From NCBI GenBank assembly GCA_001443365.1, contig LDXL01000004.1, forward strand, positions 166,870-190,869: a stretch of DNA of 24,000 bases, written 5' to 3'. Below are positions 23,287 through 24,000 of this stretch, piece by piece. How positions within the stretch are numbered: position 1 is the first letter of the stretch; the number at the start of each line of letters is the position of its first letter. This DNA is from Thaumarchaeota archaeon CSP1-1 (GTDB lineage Archaea; Thermoproteota; Nitrososphaeria; Nitrososphaerales; Nitrosopumilaceae). Under the pieces are notes generated by a model that saw only the letters and a list, made by a program, of their open reading frames with translations, ran no database searches and had not been told where the DNA came from. A program made the translations under genes and the position numbers.

Positions 23287-23451
23287 ATGGAATCTTGTTC
23301 TACTGGTGATTCAACCCAAGAAATATGCTGGTTTTGTAAGAAAGGAAGACATGAGGAATGTATGAGGCAAATACCAGTGGATGGAAAATCAGAAGGTCCA
23401 CATGACTGCACCTTTGATACAAAATTAGTTCCTTGCAAATGTACACATTAG
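23287..23451 (+). CDS. Small Cys/His-rich hypothetical protein (54 aa), probable zinc binder
   Basis: MESCSTGDSTQEICWFCKKGRHEECMRQIPVDGKSEGPHDCTFDTKLVPCKCTH has 7 Cys and 3 His in 54 aa. The internal ATG 23287 is preferred because the tracked 23212 start overlaps ilvE and adds no feature. Confidence 0.4.
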   Translation: MESCSTGDSTQEICWFCKKGRHEECMRQIPVDGKSEGPHDCTFDTKLVPCKCTH

Positions 23452-23482
23452 TAACAAATACGAGAAGAGTGAGATTGTTTTG

Positions 23483-24000
23483 ATGGAATATGACACTAAT
23501 TATTGGAACAAGTACACAAATGAGAACAAATCAAATTATAATGAAGAGTTTGCTAAATTCATCCGTGATTTAGCTACTTCTCTAAAAGCTAACAATGTTT
23601 TGGAGGTTGGGTGTAATATTGGAAATGATTTGCAAGGATTTTCCGAGAATTTTGAAGTGTATGGTTTAGACCTGAATGAGCATGCATTAGATATTGCTAT
23701 ACAAAGATTTCCTTCATTCAAATTTAAAAATGGTTCTATAACTGAGATGCCATATGGGGATTCCTCTATGGATTTTGTTTTTACACATAATGTTCTAAAT
23801 TACATACCTGAGAAAGAAATGGATAAAGCCATAAATGAATTGTATAGAGTTTCAAGAAAATACATACTAAATTGTGAATTATTTGATGAAAATGAAAGTC
23901 CAATAGATGATACTGATACTTCATGGAAAAGAAATGTGTATAAAAGATGGTTGAATTTTAAAGTGAAAATAATCAGTGACGTTGATATGCATGAAGATAT
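23483..24000 (+). CDS. Class I SAM-dependent methyltransferase, 3' end cut by window edge
   Basis: The frame is open from ATG 23483 to the window end (absent from the ORF track because there is no stop). Motif I is VLEVGCNIGNDL, with YGLDLNE (acidic loop) and MDFVFTHNVLNYI (motif II/III region). Confidence 0.7.
   Translation, partial: MEYDTNYWNKYTNENKSNYNEEFAKFIRDLATSLKANNVLEVGCNIGNDLQGFSENFEVYGLDLNEHALDIAIQRFPSFKFKNGSITEMPYGDSSMDFVFTHNVLNYIPEKEMDKAINELYRVSRKYILNCELFDENESPIDDTDTSWKRNVYKRWLNFKVKIISDVDMHED

Noticed and set aside
1-24000. Search by eye for CRISPR repeats, IS elements or terminal inverted repeats, integrase/transposase genes, toxin-antitoxin pairs or defence-island hallmarks.
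   Set aside because: None found. The only repeats beyond chance are the 29-nt promoter element pair and the 24-bp tandem duplication. Gene content and tight syntenic packing look like core chromosome rather than an accessory island.

Overview
AT-rich, gene-dense archaeal chromosomal segment with about 36 protein genes and 2 tRNAs. I found no CRISPR array, transposase, integrase or long repeat. The gene content points to a marine ammonia-oxidising thaumarchaeon (Nitrosopumilus-like): an ADP-forming 4-hydroxybutyrate-CoA ligase sits next to 4-hydroxybutyryl-CoA dehydratase (3-hydroxypropionate/4-hydroxybutyrate CO2-fixation cycle), alongside a membrane-anchored cupredoxin, the archaeal LSm-L37e gene pair, a Sec11-type signal peptidase, and TATA boxes placed for leaderless mRNAs. 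Most of the window is housekeeping: rpiA, trxA, ilvE, aspartate kinase, RNase H, tRNA-Ala and tRNA-Val. The most interesting locus is 17131-19027 on the minus strand. A CcdA/DsbD-like membrane thiol relay, a 45-aa YHS/TRASH mini-protein missing from the ORF track, and a CxxC thioredoxin-fold protein are joined by ATGA stop/start overlaps. An Lrp-HTH::TRASH regulator follows them. The operon and the regulator gene are each preceded, at identical spacing, by a near-identical 29-nt promoter element. I read this as a cop-like metal (probably copper) sensor/chaperone pair coupled to a transmembrane disulfide relay instead of an efflux ATPase. Secondary observations: three clustered proteins share an identical-spacing C-terminal zinc-ribbon tail; a GC-rich island after aspartate kinase folds into two hairpins; a radical-SAM enzyme has CX4CX2C spacing; a minimal RNase H lacks the fourth acidic residue; two further sub-cutoff or partial genes were recovered (L37e and a 3'-partial methyltransferase). 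All functional calls come from motif recognition by eye; no database search was run.
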